Positions 24,955-25,755 of a stretch of DNA of 25,755 nt are shown piece after piece. The stretch comes from Terriglobales bacterium (GTDB lineage Bacteria > Acidobacteriota > Terriglobia > Terriglobales > Acidobacteriaceae), in contig JBAIYI010000094.1 of assembly GCA_037915955.1 (NCBI GenBank), positions 1 to 25,755 of the forward strand, given 5' to 3'. Numbering within the stretch: the first letter of the stretch is position 1; each line of letters begins with the position of its first letter. The notes beneath the pieces were generated by a model. It saw nothing but the letters and a program-made list of their open reading frames with translations. It searched no databases and had not been told where the DNA came from. The position numbers were made by a program, and so were the translations under genes.

Positions 24955-25755
24955 ATGAAGCGACTGATTCTGCTTTTCATTGTTGCACTTCTAACAGCGA
25001 GTTTCGCAATTGCCCAGCCGCCGCAGTACTCGATCCAGGGCACCAAGAATCTAGCGCCATCCAGTCCGCGGCTGACTGCGGTGGATCCTCTCGTCTACGC
25101 ACCTCCTTCGCAAGTGATTCCTCCACGCCCGTTTTTGTACACGGTCGATAAGAACGGGCTGACGATCACGCGCTTCAATGACAACACCATTGTAGGAACC
25201 TGGCCCTGGCCCAAGCCTCCTGAGGTCATCTACACCGTCTTGCCCAACGGATCATTCACGGGGCTCACCCCTCCGGCAGTCTGGGAGCCGGTGGCAATGA
25301 CGGTGTCGTATCCCACAGAGACGGAAATCGCCAACCGAGTGAAAGAAATTCCTGATCTCACGCCGCCACCCACATATGTCTACGTTGTAATGGCGCGCTC
25401 AGGTTACAAATGGGTGAGCAGTGACGGCAGTCTGCGGGACACGATTGCACCCATGACGGATGCTGCTACTGAGTCCGCGATGCTGATCCAGATCGACGTG
25501 AGCGATCCATCGTTTTCGGCGAGCCGTGATCCCGCCAATCCGGTGCCACCCCACGTGGCAGGCGCAATCCTCGGCCATGGCTCAGGCCAACCGGTCTACG
25601 ATCGCTCGACCGGGGCAGTCTATGTTGGCAACATGCCGTCCAATTCTCTGCCCACGGGCCTCGCGTCGTTTGTTTCCGTCGTTCGGCGAATTCCGCCGGA
25701 AGTCGCTGAGGTGGAAGCCGAGGTTCCGGGGATTAGCATACCTGTGATTCGCTGT
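24955..25755 (+). CDS. Secreted Pro-rich hypothetical protein, 5' part (at least 267 aa, runs off the window)
   Basis: AAGGAG RBS at 24942-47; Sec-type signal MKRLILLFIVALLTASFAIA|Q; frame +1 stays open to the window end. It is absent from the ORF track because it has no stop in the window. Confidence 0.85.
   Translation, partial: MKRLILLFIVALLTASFAIAQPPQYSIQGTKNLAPSSPRLTAVDPLVYAPPSQVIPPRPFLYTVDKNGLTITRFNDNTIVGTWPWPKPPEVIYTVLPNGSFTGLTPPAVWEPVAMTVSYPTETEIANRVKEIPDLTPPPTYVYVVMARSGYKWVSSDGSLRDTIAPMTDAATESAMLIQIDVSDPSFSASRDPANPVPPHVAGAILGHGSGQPVYDRSTGAVYVGNMPSNSLPTGLASFVSVVRRIPPEVAEVEAEVPGISIPVIRC

Overview
This window is a secondary-metabolite and regulatory island, probably from an Acidobacteriota-like genome (inferred from two ADOP-style duplicated ABC permeases). 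Left to right: (1) a coupled + strand operon, running off the left edge, with the 3' end of a cysteine-synthase-family PLP enzyme, an ATP-grasp enzyme, a threonine aldolase, an MFS exporter, a TE-less NRPS (C-A-T-C plus a degenerate A remnant, with a diamino-acid-type A-domain code) and a DinB-family protein; (2) two ABC permeases with no ATPase in view, flanking a sigma54 response regulator/sensor kinase pair; (3) a class III lanthipeptide locus, where a 45-aa precursor ORF absent from the ORF track (18609..18746) follows a sigma54 promoter and is separated from lanKC by a 10-bp stem-loop; (4) a second, atypical sigma54 activator, a small membrane protein and a truncated secreted protein. The main hidden structure is a tandem dyad (TGTCCR-N4-YGGACA twice, exactly 20 bp apart) found four times, upstream of both permeases, lanA-lanKC and the second activator, each followed by a GG-N10-GC element. 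This suggests one sigma54 regulon. Whether the NRPS/diamino-acid operon tailors the lanthipeptide (a RiPP-NRPS hybrid) is an untested hypothesis.
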